This document shows, piece by piece, positions 37,192 to 47,987 of a DNA stretch of 64,000 bases (its first letter is position 1; every line of letters starts with the position of its first letter). A program made the position numbers and the translations under genes. The DNA comes from Alphaproteobacteria bacterium. Its GTDB lineage: Bacteria; Pseudomonadota; Alphaproteobacteria; MPNO01. Below the pieces are notes generated by a model, which was not told where the DNA came from, did not search any database, and saw only the letters and a program-made list of their open reading frames with translations. The stretch is taken from contig CBDBCA010000002.1 of assembly GCA_965202835.1 (NCBI GenBank), positions 925,306-989,305 on the forward strand, in the 5' to 3' direction.

Positions 37192-38286
37192 TCAGACCTC
37201 AAGCACGCGGTTGCGCTGGGCGAGGTAGGCCTGATCGGAAATCTTCGTCCAGCCTCCGACGTTCTTGCGCGCCGTGAGGAAGCTCTGGTGGATCTCGTTG
37301 GCGAGCGGGCTGTGCGCCCTCGCGGCCTCGAAGACCTCCGCGGCCGCTTCTCCGAAGCTGTCATAGACGTCGTCGTTGAACTTGCGCAGCTTGACGCCGT
37401 GATCGCTGAGCAGCCGTGCGAGCGCGGCGCCGTTCTTGGCGTTGTACTCCGCCATCATGACGTCGTTCTCCATCGCGGCCGCGGCCTCGATGGCGGCCTG
37501 GTCGGACTTGGTGAGCTTGCCCCACCAGGACGCGTTCATGCCGAAGGACAGCATGGAGCCGGGCTCGTGCATGCCCGGGTAATAGTAGAATTTGGCGGCT
37601 TCGTAGAACTTCATGAAGCTGTCGTTCCACGGGCCCACCCATTCGGTGGCATCGATCGCGCCGGACACCAGGTTCTCGTAGATCTGGCCGCCCGGCAGCG
37701 AGACCGGCGAGGCGCCGAGCTTGGCCATGACGTCGCCGCCAAGGCCCGGGATGCGCATCTTGAGGCCCTTGAGATCGTCCGAGGAGTTGATCTCCTTGTT
37801 GAACCAACCGCCCATCTGGACGCCGGTATTGCCGGCCATCACGCATTTGAGGCCGTAATTGCCGGCGAGCTTGTCCCACAGCTGCTGGCCGCCCCCGAAG
37901 CGAATCCAGGCGTTCATCTCGGTGTAGGTGAGGCCGAACGGTACAGAGGTGAAATAGGCCCAGCCGGGATGCTTGCCTTTCCAGTAGTAATCCGCCGCGT
38001 GGTAGGCCTGGGCGTTGCCGGATGCCACTTCGTCGAAGGAATCGAACGCGCCCACCCGTTCGCCGGCGGCGAAATACTGCACCTGGATGCGGCCGTCCGT
38101 CATGTCGGACAGGTGCTTGGCGAGGCGCTGAGCGCCGGTCCCGAGCCCCGGGAAGTCGCGCGGCCAGGTTGTGACCATGACCATCTCGACGCGCTGCTGC
38201 GCGACGGCGGGCGCCGCGAGCGTGGTTGCGGCGGCCGCACCGGCGACACCTGCACCGGCCTTGGTAAGGAATTTGCGTCTCTTCAT
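37192..38286 (-). CDS. dctP: TRAP transporter substrate-binding protein (DctP family), Tat signal
   Basis: Twin-arginine MKRRKFLTKAGAGVAGAAA. DctP-type solute-binding-protein composition. Confidence 0.8.
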   Translation of the reverse strand: MKRRKFLTKAGAGVAGAAAATTLAAPAVAQQRVEMVMVTTWPRDFPGLGTGAQRLAKHLSDMTDGRIQVQYFAAGERVGAFDSFDEVASGNAQAYHAADYYWKGKHPGWAYFTSVPFGLTYTEMNAWIRFGGGQQLWDKLAGNYGLKCVMAGNTGVQMGGWFNKEINSSDDLKGLKMRIPGLGGDVMAKLGASPVSLPGGQIYENLVSGAIDATEWVGPWNDSFMKFYEAAKFYYYPGMHEPGSMLSFGMNASWWGKLTKSDQAAIEAAAAMENDVMMAEYNAKNGAALARLLSDHGVKLRKFNDDVYDSFGEAAAEVFEAARAHSPLANEIHQSFLTARKNVGGWTKISDQAYLAQRNRVLEV

Positions 38287-38373
38287 CGGGAAGCTCCCCC
38301 TAGGACAGATTTCGTCCAGGCTTTCCTAGCAGATACGCCGCGAGGGCTCAATTTTCCTGATCGACCGCGCGCT

Positions 38374-40614
38374 TCAGACTTCGCGGGGGAAGAACCGGTT
38401 GGAACGCGGGAAGCCTCTGGGCGCGACGCGGCCGGCCTGGCCGCGCTTTCCGATCCACTGATCGAGCACGGGCTCCTTTCTCGTCCGCTGGCCGGAGCGC
38501 CAGGTCAGGCCCTCGCCACGATCGAAGACGGCGACGTCGGAGAGCCCGTCCTGGGCGTAGCGCTGCATGATCACGCCGCGTCCCCGCGTCATCTCCGGCA
38601 GTTCCGACAGCGGGAATATCAGCATCTTCCGGTTGCCGCCGACGACGGCGACGCTGTCGCCGGCCGCGGTCGCGCATGCCTGCGCTTCCACGCCGCTGGA
38701 CAGGTTGAGAACCTGCTTGCCGGCGCGGGTCTGCGCCACCACCGAGTCCTCGGGCACGACGAAGCCGCGCCCGTCGCTCGCGGCCACGACGAGCCCGCGG
38801 CCGGGCTCATGAACCAGGAGGGCGACGATGTCCTGGTCGTTGCCGAGATCGATCATCAGCCTCACGGGCTCGCCATGGCCTCGCCCGTTCGGCAGCCGGT
38901 CGCAGGGGATGGTGTAGAAGCGGCCGTTGGTGCCGAAAGCGAGCAGCTTGTCGGTGCTATGGGCCTGGAGCACGAACCTGCCGCGGTCGCCGTCCTTGAA
39001 TTTCAGCCCGGCGAGATCCTCCTGATGCCCGCGTATGGCGCGGATCCAGCCCTTTTCGGAGCAGATCACCGTGATGGGTTCGCGCTCGACCGCCGCGTCG
39101 AGGGACATTTCGGGATCGGCGGGGACGTCGCCGATCTCGGTCCGGCGTGCTCCGCCTTCGCTCTCGCTACCGAACCGGTCGCGGACATCCCGGATTTCCT
39201 CCGCGATGCGTTGCCAGCGCAGCGACTCCGTTTTCAGCAGTTTCTTGAGGTCTCTCTGCTCGGACTTGAGCGTCTTGTGCTCCTTCTCGATCTCGACTTC
39301 CTCGAGCCTCCTCAGCGCGCGCAGGCGCATGTTGAGGATCGCCTCGGCCTGGACCTCGCTCATCTCCCAGCGCGACATCATCGCCGCCTTGGGATCGTCG
39401 GCCTCGCGGATGAGGCGGATGATCTCATCCAGGTTCGCGAACGCGATCAGGTAACCGGCGAGAACTTCGAGGCGGCCGGCGATCTTCTCCAGCCGGTGGC
39501 GGGTCCGGCGCAGGAGGATGTCGTGGCGGTGGTCGAGAAACGCCCGCAGCATCTCCCGCAGGTTCATCACCCTGGGAACCCTGCCGCCGTCGAGCACGTT
39601 CATGTTGACCGAGACCCGGGTCTCGAGCTCGGAATGACGGAAGAGCTGCGCCATCAGCATTTCGGGCTCGACGGAACGCGAGCTGGGCTCCAGCACGAGG
39701 CGCAGGTCCTCGGCCGACTCGTCCCGCACATCGGCCAGTATCGGAACCTTGCGATCGGCGATCAGGGCGGCGATCCGTTCGATCAGACGCGCCTTCTGGG
39801 TCTGGTAGGGGATTTCCGTCACCACGACCTGATAGCGGCCGTGGCTGAGCCGCTCGACCTGCCAACGCGCCCGGACGCGCAGATTGCCGCGCCCGGTCGC
39901 GTAGGCTTCCTCGATTACCGAACGCGGCTCGGCCAGTACGCCGCCGGTCGGGAAGTCGGGTCCGGGCACCAGCTCGACCAGCTTTGCGTTGCCGGCGTCG
40001 GGACGGTCGATCAGGTAGAGCGCGGCGTCGCAGACCTCGCCCAGATTATGCGGCGGGATGCTGGTGGCCATGCCGACGGCGATACCGCTCGCCCCGTTGC
40101 AAAGCAGGTTGGGGACGCTCGCGGGCAGCACCGCCGGCTCGTCGTCGGTGCCGTCGTAGTTGGGCCGGAAATCGACCGCGTCCTCGTCGATGCCTTCGAG
40201 GAGGGCAAGCGCGTAGCGCGTCAGCCGCGCCTCGGTGTAGCGCATGGCGGCCGCGCCGTCGCCGTCGATATTGCCGAAATTGCCCTGCCCCTCGACCAGC
40301 GGATAGCGTACGGCGAAGTCCTGCGCCATCCGCACCATCGCGTCATAAATCGCCTGGTCGCCATGCGGGTGGAACTTGCCCATGACGTCGCCCACCACGC
40401 GGGCGCATTTCTTGAATCCGGCATCCGGGTCGAGCCGCAGCTGGCGCATCGCGAAGAGGAGCCGCCGATGGACCGGCTTCAGCCCGTCGCGCACATCCGG
40501 CAGCGAACGCGCGGTAATCGTCGACAGGGCATAGGCGAGATAGCGTTCGCCCAGCGCCTCGGTCAGCGGGATTTCCCGGGTCGCGGTTTCGAACAGATCG
40601 GCTTGGTCGGTCAT
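38374..40614 (-). CDS. parC: DNA topoisomerase IV subunit A
   Basis: Type IIA catalytic region with the active-site [10 protein letters not shown]. At about 745 aa with no GyrA-box, it is more consistent with ParC than with GyrA. Confidence 0.85.
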   Translation of the reverse strand: MTDQADLFETATREIPLTEALGERYLAYALSTITARSLPDVRDGLKPVHRRLLFAMRQLRLDPDAGFKKCARVVGDVMGKFHPHGDQAIYDAMVRMAQDFAVRYPLVEGQGNFGNIDGDGAAAMRYTEARLTRYALALLEGIDEDAVDFRPNYDGTDDEPAVLPASVPNLLCNGASGIAVGMATSIPPHNLGEVCDAALYLIDRPDAGNAKLVELVPGPDFPTGGVLAEPRSVIEEAYATGRGNLRVRARWQVERLSHGRYQVVVTEIPYQTQKARLIERIAALIADRKVPILADVRDESAEDLRLVLEPSSRSVEPEMLMAQLFRHSELETRVSVNMNVLDGGRVPRVMNLREMLRAFLDHRHDILLRRTRHRLEKIAGRLEVLAGYLIAFANLDEIIRLIREADDPKAAMMSRWEMSEVQAEAILNMRLRALRRLEEVEIEKEHKTLKSEQRDLKKLLKTESLRWQRIAEEIRDVRDRFGSESEGGARRTEIGDVPADPEMSLDAAVEREPITVICSEKGWIRAIRGHQEDLAGLKFKDGDRGRFVLQAHSTDKLLAFGTNGRFYTIPCDRLPNGRGHGEPVRLMIDLGNDQDIVALLVHEPGRGLVVAASDGRGFVVPEDSVVAQTRAGKQVLNLSSGVEAQACATAAGDSVAVVGGNRKMLIFPLSELPEMTRGRGVIMQRYAQDGLSDVAVFDRGEGLTWRSGQRTRKEPVLDQWIGKRGQAGRVAPRGFPRSNRFFPREV

Positions 40615-41345
40615 GGGATCTCGGCGGGCTGTCGAACCATGGCTTCGTAGAGCCGCGCCCGCGCCGGCGGCATCTTGCGCTCGGCGGGCGCGAGGGCCTG
40701 GCGGGCGAGGAAATGGCCGGTCAGCCGCAGCGCGGCGGCGACATCGGCAGCATCGGCCGACTCACCGGGGTCGATCAAGAACGGCGGCAGCGGGAACAGG
40801 CGATTCTCGTACGCGCCTACCCCCTCGCGCGACACCGCGCGCCCGGTGCGGGGCGAAACGAAGACGAGATTCCCGGTCTCGCCGGTCACGGCGCAGCAGC
40901 TGAGGTCGAGGCCGAATCCGAGCGCGGCAAGCAACGCAACCTCGAATCGGGCATAGGCGGGCGCCCACTCGGGCGTGACGAGTCGATCCAGCAGCGAAAC
41001 GAACGCATCGAACACCGCGCCGTTGGGTTCGCGCTCGGGCAATGTCGCCTCGACCAGCGCCGCCGCGGCGCCGAGCGCGGCCAGCGGCCGCCGGGAATCG
41101 AGGAGCTCCGCCGCATGGGCGCGCACGAGCTCGCCCCGATAGTTTCCCAGGTGATCCGGCAATCTTGCCCGCCAGTCCGCCGACACCCGGTTGCCGATCT
41201 GGTAAACCGCGCGGGCGGCGCGGCCGGTACCGCCGCGGACGAGCCCCGCGTGCAGACCGTGCGTCTCGGTCAACAGCTTCACGACCAGCGACGATTCGCC
41301 GTGCTTGAAACGGGCGATGACGATGCCGTGGTCCTGCCAGTCCAT
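40611..41345 (-). CDS. recO: DNA repair protein RecO
   Basis: RecO N-terminal OB region ([24 protein letters not shown]) and a CC zinc site. Stop overlaps the parC start. Confidence 0.8.
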   Translation of the reverse strand: MDWQDHGIVIARFKHGESSLVVKLLTETHGLHAGLVRGGTGRAARAVYQIGNRVSADWRARLPDHLGNYRGELVRAHAAELLDSRRPLAALGAAAALVEATLPEREPNGAVFDAFVSLLDRLVTPEWAPAYARFEVALLAALGFGLDLSCCAVTGETGNLVFVSPRTGRAVSREGVGAYENRLFPLPPFLIDPGESADAADVAAALRLTGHFLARQALAPAERKMPPARARLYEAMVRQPAEIP

Positions 41346-41404
41346 CGGCGGTTATATGGATAACTCGACGGAGGGGAGGCTGGCGCGGATCGGCGATGTG
41401 AACG

Positions 41405-41580
41405 CCGCCCGCCCGTGCCTTACGCCGTCATGGTCGGCGAAGGCCGACCATCCACGAGTTTTTTTTCGTTCGGCCCGGGACAGGGAAAACAAAAACAAAG
41501 CGTGGATGGCCGGCCTTCGCCGACCATGACGATGGGGGCCAGACGGGGAACGGTCCCGACGAAGGCGGACAGGCCCTGGA
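41405..41580. repeat. MITE/RIME-like palindromic repeat element, copy 4
   Basis: Inverted repeats at 41427-41456 and 41501-41530, with one substitution in the second arm. A/T-rich spacer. The right end is ...GGCGGACAGGCCC. Confidence 0.8.
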
Positions 41581-41680
41581 CCGGACGGCAATGGAACAAG
41601 TCCGGCCATGCCGGAGGAAATGTCGCGGGCTTCCCGTTCGTCAACCATTCCCCGTAAGCCCCAATCCATCGCCGGTCCCG

Positions 41681-42595
41681 TCAGGCGTTGTAGTCCAGCC
41701 CCCAGGGGGAAAACCGCTCGGGGTCGTCGCCCCATTTCTGGCGCACCTTGACGAAGATGAACAGGTGCACTTTACGGTCGAGGATCGTTTCCAGCTCGGC
41801 GGCGGCCTGCTCGCGCACCGATTTTATGCGCGTGCCCTGGCGGCCGAGGACGATTCCCTTCTGGCTGTCGCGCTCGACGAAGACGGTCTGGGATATCCGC
41901 ACGCTGCCATCGTCGAAGCCCTGCCAGTCCTCGGTCTCCACGGTCAGCGCATATGGCAGTTCCTGGTGAAGTCTCTCGAACAGCTTCTCACGGGTGATCT
42001 CGGCGGCGAACAGCCGGTCGTTCATGTCCGAAAGCTGGTCCTCCGGATAGTGCCAGGGTCCGGCGGGCACGGCATCGGCAAGCCAGGCGGCAAGGTCCGA
42101 AACCCCGTCCCCGTTTGCGGCCGAAATCATGAACGTTGCCCGGAAGGCGCAGGCCGCGTTCGCGTCGCGCGAAAGGGAAAGCATATCCTCGCGCCGGACG
42201 AGGTCGATCTTGTTGAGCGCCAGCACGCAACGCGCCGACGTCCCGGCGAGCGCCGCGAGGATGTTTCCGGCTTCCTCGTCGATCCCTTTCCTGGCGTCGA
42301 TCAGCAGAAGGCGGATATCGGCGTCGGCGGCACCGGTCCACGCCGCGGCGACCATCGCCCGGTCGAGACGGCGGCGCGGCGCGAAGATGCCGGGCGTGTC
42401 GACATAGACCAGTTGGGCCGGACCGTCGATCGCGACACCGCTCACGCGGTAGCGCGTGGTCTGCGCCTTGGCCGTGACGATGGACACCTTGGCGCCGACG
42501 AGGCGGTTGGTAAGCGTCGACTTGCCTGCGTTCGGCGCGCCGATCACGGCCACGAAGCCGCACCGTCGGCAATCGTCCCGGACTCCCTCAGCCAC
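41681..42595 (-). CDS. era: GTPase Era
   Basis: G1 GAPNAGKST, G3 DTPG and G4 NKID motifs, plus a KH domain. GTG start. Confidence 0.9.
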   Translation of the reverse strand: MAEGVRDDCRRCGFVAVIGAPNAGKSTLTNRLVGAKVSIVTAKAQTTRYRVSGVAIDGPAQLVYVDTPGIFAPRRRLDRAMVAAAWTGAADADIRLLLIDARKGIDEEAGNILAALAGTSARCVLALNKIDLVRREDMLSLSRDANAACAFRATFMISAANGDGVSDLAAWLADAVPAGPWHYPEDQLSDMNDRLFAAEITREKLFERLHQELPYALTVETEDWQGFDDGSVRISQTVFVERDSQKGIVLGRQGTRIKSVREQAAAELETILDRKVHLFIFVKVRQKWGDDPERFSPWGLDYNA

Positions 42596-43268
42596 CGGTC
42601 GTGGCCGCGATGTCGAGCAGATCCCGTGCCGCGGCCTGCTCCGCCGCGCGTTTCGAACCCGCGCTCGCCCGCACGGGCTCGTACCCTTCCACGCGGACCT
42701 CGACCGTCAGCGTGGGCGCATGCGCCGGACCGTCGGTCGCCACCAGCGCATAGGACGGAAGGGGCAACGCTCGGGCAAGCACCCACTCCTGCAATGCCGT
42801 CTTGGCATCGCGCGGAGGCCGTCCCCCGATCAGCGGCTCCCAGAACTTCGCGATCAGCGCCATCGCGGCGTCATGGCCGCCATCGCTGTAGACCGCGCCG
42901 ATCACGGCTTCGCAACTGTCCCCGATCATCGACGGCGGCAAGGCGTCGCGGTCGAGGCCCTTGTCGACCCGCAAATACCTTTGCAAGCCGATCTCCCGGC
43001 CGATGGAGACCAGCGTCTCGCCGCTTGCGAGCCTGGCATGGCGGCGCGACAGGTCTCCGGGCGCTTCCCCGGGATTCGCCTCGCACAGCATGGTGGCGAG
43101 ACCGAGCCCGAGAACCCGGTCGCCGAGGAATTCAAGCCTTTCGAGAGAAGCGCGGCGAACGCCGTGCGCCGCGCTGGCGTGGGTCAGGGCTTCCTCGAGC
43201 AGCGCGCGGTCGGCGAAGCTGTAGCCCAGCGCGGCCTCGATCTCATCCAGGGCGCCGGGGGCGGCCAA
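42588..43268 (-). CDS. rnc: Ribonuclease III
   Basis: Signature ERLEFLGDRVLGL and a C-terminal dsRBD. Only a TTG start at 43268 gives the canonical N-terminus (M-AAPGALDEIEAALGYSF). The long upstream part of the track ORF overlaps lepB in another frame. Confidence 0.85.
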   Translation of the reverse strand: MAAPGALDEIEAALGYSFADRALLEEALTHASAAHGVRRASLERLEFLGDRVLGLGLATMLCEANPGEAPGDLSRRHARLASGETLVSIGREIGLQRYLRVDKGLDRDALPPSMIGDSCEAVIGAVYSDGGHDAAMALIAKFWEPLIGGRPPRDAKTALQEWVLARALPLPSYALVATDGPAHAPTLTVEVRVEGYEPVRASAGSKRAAEQAAARDLLDIAATTGG

Positions 43269-43270
43269 CG

Positions 43271-44017
43271 CTATTCCACGGAATCGAAGAACCGCTTGAA
43301 GCGGATCGTTCGGGGCCAGCGCCAGAATTCCCACACGCTGGCCGAGCCGTCGATGGAGAAGAACAGAATCTCGGCTCTTCCGACGAGGTTTTCGGCCGGG
43401 ACGAAACCCACGCCGCTCAGCACCCGGCTGTCGAGGGAATTGTCCCGGTTGTCGCCCATCGCGAAGTAATGCCCCCTGGGCACGACATAGACGGGCGTGT
43501 TGTCGAGCTGGCCCCGGTCGGTGTGTTCGAGAATACGGTACGTCCGGCCGCCGGGCAGGATCTCGTCGAATTGCGGCGTGCGGCCGATCCTCCCGAGCTC
43601 GTCTCTCTCGACGAAATCCGCGACCGGGCGGCGAACCACCTGCTCGCCGTTGATATGGAGTCGGCCTTCCCGCACCTGGATACGGTCGCCGGGCAATCCG
43701 ACGATGCGCTTGATGTAGTCGGTCTTGTTGTCCGTCGGCAGCTTGAAGACCGCGACATCGCCGCGTTCCGGTTCCGACATCAGAATGCGCCCGGGAATCA
43801 ACGGGAGGCTCAACGGCAGGGAATGGCGGCTGTAGCCGTAGGAATACTTGGACACGAAGAGATAGTCGCCGACCAGAAGCGTCGGTTTCATCGACCCCGA
43901 AGGAATGTTGAAGGGCTCGAACGCGACCGTCCGGATGGCAAGCGCGATCAGGACCGCGTAGACGACGGTCTTGATCGTGTCCCACAACTTCCCCGACTTG
44001 CGGCGCGCCGTCGTCAC
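43271..44017 (-). CDS. lepB: Signal peptidase I
   Basis: Catalytic Ser box PSGSMKPTL, Lys box [24 protein letters not shown] at 44017 overlaps the acpS stop. Confidence 0.85.
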   Translation of the reverse strand: MTTARRKSGKLWDTIKTVVYAVLIALAIRTVAFEPFNIPSGSMKPTLLVGDYLFVSKYSYGYSRHSLPLSLPLIPGRILMSEPERGDVAVFKLPTDNKTDYIKRIVGLPGDRIQVREGRLHINGEQVVRRPVADFVERDELGRIGRTPQFDEILPGGRTYRILEHTDRGQLDNTPVYVVPRGHYFAMGDNRDNSLDSRVLSGVGFVPAENLVGRAEILFFSIDGSASVWEFWRWPRTIRFKRFFDSVE

Positions 44018-44424
44018 CTGTCCCGCCCTTTCTCGACGGCGGAAATTATCACCATCGCATGGGCGAGCGGCGGCTCGTCGGTCATCGTCAACTCGACCGT
44101 CGGGGTCATGCCCTCGGGCGTGAGCGCCCTCAGCCGGTCGGCCGCACCGCCGGTCAGCGCCATCGTGGGCTTGCCGCCGGGCAGGTTGACGACGCCCAGA
44201 TCGCGCCAATAGACGCCCTTGCGAAAACCGGTTCCGAGGGCCTTTGCGCAGGCCTCCTTGGCCGCGAAGCGCTTGGCGTAGCTGGCGGCGCGTCCGGCAC
44301 GGCGTTCGGAACGCCGGCGCTCGGTCTCGGTGAATACACGATCGAGAAACCGGTCGCCGAAACGGTCCAGCGTCCGCTCGATGCGTCGGATGTCGATCAG
44401 ATCGGTGCCGGTTCCGATGATCAC
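44014..44424 (-). CDS. acpS: Holo-[acyl-carrier-protein] synthase
   Basis: N-terminal (M)[15 protein letters not shown] and [11 protein letters not shown] motifs. GTG start. Confidence 0.85.
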   Translation of the reverse strand: MIIGTGTDLIDIRRIERTLDRFGDRFLDRVFTETERRRSERRAGRAASYAKRFAAKEACAKALGTGFRKGVYWRDLGVVNLPGGKPTMALTGGAADRLRALTPEGMTPTVELTMTDEPPLAHAMVIISAVEKGRDR

Positions 44425-44434
44425 GCCCGACCGC

Positions 44435-45187
44435 TCACGCGTTTTCCGCGTTGCCGGGTTGGCGTGCCGCGTCCATCAGGGACCGCATACGTTCTATAGC
44501 TCCGCGGAACCCGCCGAAAATGGCCTCTCCGACCAGGAAATGACCGATGTTGAGTTCCGCGAGGGTAGCGATACGCGCGATCGGCCCGACCGTATCGAAG
44601 GTGATGCCGTGCCCGGCGTGGCATTCGAGACCGAGCCCTGCCGCCGCCGCAGCGGCCTCCTCGAGGCGCGCGAGTTGCACCGGCGCGGCATCGGCGTCGG
44701 CCTCGCAAAAGGCGCCGGTATGGAGCTCGACCACGGGCGCGCCCAGCGCTTCCGCCGCCTCGATCTGCCGCGCGTCGGGCTCGATGAACAGCGAGGTCCG
44801 GATCCCCGCCGCGTTGAGCGCATCCACGAAGCGGGCAAGATGACCGCGCCCCCCGTCCACGTCGAGCCCGCCCTCGGTGGTCCTCTCGGCCCGCCTCTCG
44901 GGCACGATACAGGCCGCGTGCGGGCGGTGGCGAAGCGCGATCCCGAGCATCTCGTCGGTTGCCGCCATCTCCAGGTTGAGCGGCAGCTCGATGTCCGCGA
45001 TCAGCCTCTCGATGTCCTCGTCGGTCATGTGCCGCCGGTCCTCGCGGAGATGGGCGGTGATGCCGTCCGCGCCGGCGGACGCCGCGAGGCGGGCGGCACG
45101 CACGGGGTCCGGATGCCGCCCGCCGCGGGCGTTCCGGATTGTCGCCACGTGGTCGATATTCACTCCCAGTCGAAGATGTCGGGACAT
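44435..45187 (-). CDS. pdxJ: Pyridoxine 5'-phosphate synthase
   Basis: [16 protein letters not shown] and [11 protein letters not shown] signatures. Confidence 0.9.
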   Translation of the reverse strand: MSRHLRLGVNIDHVATIRNARGGRHPDPVRAARLAASAGADGITAHLREDRRHMTDEDIERLIADIELPLNLEMAATDEMLGIALRHRPHAACIVPERRAERTTEGGLDVDGGRGHLARFVDALNAAGIRTSLFIEPDARQIEAAEALGAPVVELHTGAFCEADADAAPVQLARLEEAAAAAAGLGLECHAGHGITFDTVGPIARIATLAELNIGHFLVGEAIFGGFRGAIERMRSLMDAARQPGNAENA

Positions 45188-45215
45188 CTACGCGTTCCGT
45201 TGGAGCAGGCCGGTA

Positions 45216-47399
45216 TCAGTAGAGGCTTCGGGCGCGTTCGACCGAGGTGACGGAGGGCGTCGACCGCAGCGCCGCGATGATATCGGTCAGGTGGCCGGCG
45301 TCCGTGACCTCGATATCGAGGACCATCTCGAAGAAATCCGGCGTCCGGTTGGTGAACCTCAGATTGTTGATGTTACCCAGATGGTTGCCGATCATCGTGG
45401 TCAGGTTGCCGAGCGTTCCGGGCTCGTTCGAGACGACGATGGTGATGCGCCCGATATGCGAATCCGCGCCCACCGTATCGACGTCCCAGGCAACGTCGAG
45501 CCATCTCTCGGGCGTCGCCTGGAAGCTCTCCAGGCTTTCGCAATCCCTGGTGTGGATCGACACCCCCTTGCCCGCGGTGACGATGCCGACGATCCGGTCG
45601 CCCGGCAGAGGATGGCAGCAATTGCCGTAATGGACCGCCATGCCCGGGATCAGCCCCCGGATCGGGACCGCCACGGTATCCACCGCGCCTGGCGTGCTCC
45701 TCTTGCGTTCGAACGGCACCACGTTGTCGGCCGTCTTTTCCTTGCCGTCCGCCTTCGCCACCCGCCGGCCGCGCCGCGTCCTGGGCACGATCGCCGCGAT
45801 GACGTCGGTGCCGGTGATCAGCCCCTCCCCTACCGCGACGTAGAGATCGTCCTCGGTCTTCACGTCGAACTTGCCCAGCACTCGCCTTACCACGGCGGAA
45901 GACGGCTTGTAGCCGGCATCGCGGTAGCCCTTCTGCAGTATGGCCTTGCCGAGCCTGAGAAATTCCTCGCGGCGTTCGCTGCGGACGAAGCGCCGGATGC
46001 GGGCCCGCGCCTTGCCGGTGACGACGATATCTTCCCAGGCCGGCGTGGGCGTTCCGGTCTTCGACGTGACGATCTCGACCTGGTCGCCGTTGCCGAGCTC
46101 GGTCCTCAGCGGCATCACGCGTCCGTTGATCCGTGCTCCGACGCAGCGGTCGCCGACCTCCGAGTGGACGGCATAGGCGAAATCGACCGGGGTGGCGCCG
46201 CGCGGCAGCGCAATCAGCTCGCCGGCCGGCGTGAAACAGAAGACCTGATCCTGGTACATCTCGAGCTTGGTGTGCTCGAGAAACTCCTCGGGCCCGGATG
46301 CCTGTTCCAGGATGTCCAGCAGATGGCGCAGCCATCGATACTGCCGCCCCTCGGTGCTCGTCTCGTCCTGCTTGTAGCGCCAATGCGCGGCGACGCCATA
46401 CTCGGCGACCTGGTGCATCTCGGTCGTGCGGATCTGGATTTCGATGCGGCGGCCCTCCGGTCCCATGACGCAGGTGTGGAGCGACCGGTAGCCGTTCATC
46501 TTGGGCGTCGAGATGTAGTCGTTGAACTGGTCGGGGACCACCGCGTAGGCGGTGTGGATGGCGCCCAGCCCGCGGTAGCAATCTTCGATCGTGGGCAGGA
46601 CGACGCGAAACGCCATGACGTCGGAAAGCTGGTCGAAATCTATGTTCTTGCGCTGCATCTTGCGCCAGACCGAATAGGGGCGCTTGATCCGCCCCGACAC
46701 TTCAGCCTCGAGCCCGCCCTCGGACAGGACCTCCTTGAGCCGTTCGACGATGTTCGGGATCGATTCACCGGCGGTTTCGTGCAGGTATCCGAGACGTTTC
46801 TCGATCGACGCCGCGGCGTCCGGGTAGAGATGCCCGAAGGATAGCTCGTCCAGCTCATCCTTGATTTCCTGCATGCCGATGCGCTCGGCGAGCGGAGCGT
46901 AGATCTCCATGGTCTCGGCCGCGACGCGCCGGCGCTTCTCCCGCGAAGGCACGTAATGCAGGGTGCGCATGTTGTGCAGGCGATCGGCGAGCTTGATCAG
47001 CAGAACGCGGATGTCTTCGGAGGTCGCGAGCAGCAGCTTGCGGAAATTCTCGGCCTGGCGAGTGTCGTCGGATTGAAGTTCGAGCAGCGAAAGCTTGGTC
47101 ACGCCGTCGACAAGGCGCGCGACCTCGCCGCCGAAGCTGATCTCGATCTCGGGCAGCGTGGCGACGGTATCCTCGACGGTGTCGTGAAGCAGGCCGGTCA
47201 CGATCGAGGCGCAGTCGAGCTTCAGCTCGGAGAGGATGCCCGCCACCTCGACCGGATGCGAGAAATAGGGGTCTCCGGAGGCGCGGGTCTGGCTGCCATG
47301 CGCCTTCATCGAAAACACATAGGCGCGGTTCAGCGCATCCTCGTCGGCCGAGGAGTCGTAGGATTTGACCCTTTCTACGAGTTCATATTGCCGGATCAT
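45216..47399 (-). CDS. spoT: Bifunctional (p)ppGpp synthetase/hydrolase (Rsh/SpoT)
   Basis: HD hydrolase (HDTVEDT), synthetase domain (YRSLHT), and TGS and ACT domains. 727 aa. Confidence 0.9.
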   Translation of the reverse strand: MIRQYELVERVKSYDSSADEDALNRAYVFSMKAHGSQTRASGDPYFSHPVEVAGILSELKLDCASIVTGLLHDTVEDTVATLPEIEISFGGEVARLVDGVTKLSLLELQSDDTRQAENFRKLLLATSEDIRVLLIKLADRLHNMRTLHYVPSREKRRRVAAETMEIYAPLAERIGMQEIKDELDELSFGHLYPDAAASIEKRLGYLHETAGESIPNIVERLKEVLSEGGLEAEVSGRIKRPYSVWRKMQRKNIDFDQLSDVMAFRVVLPTIEDCYRGLGAIHTAYAVVPDQFNDYISTPKMNGYRSLHTCVMGPEGRRIEIQIRTTEMHQVAEYGVAAHWRYKQDETSTEGRQYRWLRHLLDILEQASGPEEFLEHTKLEMYQDQVFCFTPAGELIALPRGATPVDFAYAVHSEVGDRCVGARINGRVMPLRTELGNGDQVEIVTSKTGTPTPAWEDIVVTGKARARIRRFVRSERREEFLRLGKAILQKGYRDAGYKPSSAVVRRVLGKFDVKTEDDLYVAVGEGLITGTDVIAAIVPRTRRGRRVAKADGKEKTADNVVPFERKRSTPGAVDTVAVPIRGLIPGMAVHYGNCCHPLPGDRIVGIVTAGKGVSIHTRDCESLESFQATPERWLDVAWDVDTVGADSHIGRITIVVSNEPGTLGNLTTMIGNHLGNINNLRFTNRTPDFFEMVLDIEVTDAGHLTDIIAALRSTPSVTSVERARSLY

Positions 47400-47483
47400 C
47401 GCGCCGATCCATCGCCGCCCGCCGCCGCGCCGGCACCGTCATCCGCACCGCGCTCGGCCGGCGTCGGACGGCCCGGCCGGCGG

Positions 47484-47927
47484 TCAGGTTTCCTCTGACG
47501 GCGTTTCGTCCGACTCGCTCCTGGCCTCGGCCTCGGAGACGTCCTGGAACGCCACAATGGCGGGTCCGCCTTCGCCATCTTCCGGCGCCGAGGCTACCGG
47601 GGTTATCGCATCGGCCCGCCGGAATCCCATCTGCGCGAAGTCGCCGAAAGCATCGTCTTCCACCAGAAAGCCGTCGCCCTCCTCCGCCGGCTCGTCGATA
47701 TCGACGTATTTCTGCAGCCCGCGGACCAGGGAAGACTCGATTTCCTCGGTATCGACCGTCTCGTCGGCGATCTCGCGGAGCGCCACCACGGGGTTCTTGT
47801 CGTTGTCCCGGTCGACCGTCAGCTCGGCGCCGATGGACAGCTCCCGCGAACGCTGGGCCGCCACCATGACCAACTGGAAGCGATTGGGAATCTGGAGAAT
47901 ACAGTCTTCTACGGTAACCCGTGCCAT
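47484..47927 (-). CDS. rpoZ: DNA-directed RNA polymerase subunit omega, with acidic C-terminal tail
   Basis: MARVTVEDC...NRFQLV..AAQRSRQL-type N-terminus. Lies immediately downstream of spoT. Confidence 0.85.
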   Translation of the reverse strand: MARVTVEDCILQIPNRFQLVMVAAQRSRELSIGAELTVDRDNDKNPVVALREIADETVDTEEIESSLVRGLQKYVDIDEPAEEGDGFLVEDDAFGDFAQMGFRRADAITPVASAPEDGEGGPAIVAFQDVSEAEARSESDETPSEET

Positions 47928-47987
47928 GGCAGCTTCGCTCCCCGATATGCGCCGTCGCGGCAGATATAGGACAGCAGCCCGCGATCA

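Noticed and set aside
37288-40650. The 1120-aa ORF antisense to dctP and parC
   Set aside because: It spans two unrelated genes on the other strand. Its low-complexity translation marks it as an artefact of high GC content.
41591-44212. The 873-aa ORF antisense to era, rnc and lepB
   Set aside because: It has the same problem: it crosses three conserved housekeeping genes on the opposite strand.
44877-46844. The 655-aa ORF antisense to spoT, and the alternative-frame 402-aa ORF at 45373..46581
   Set aside because: The Rsh/SpoT gene on the minus strand is unambiguous. These frames are its shadow ORFs.
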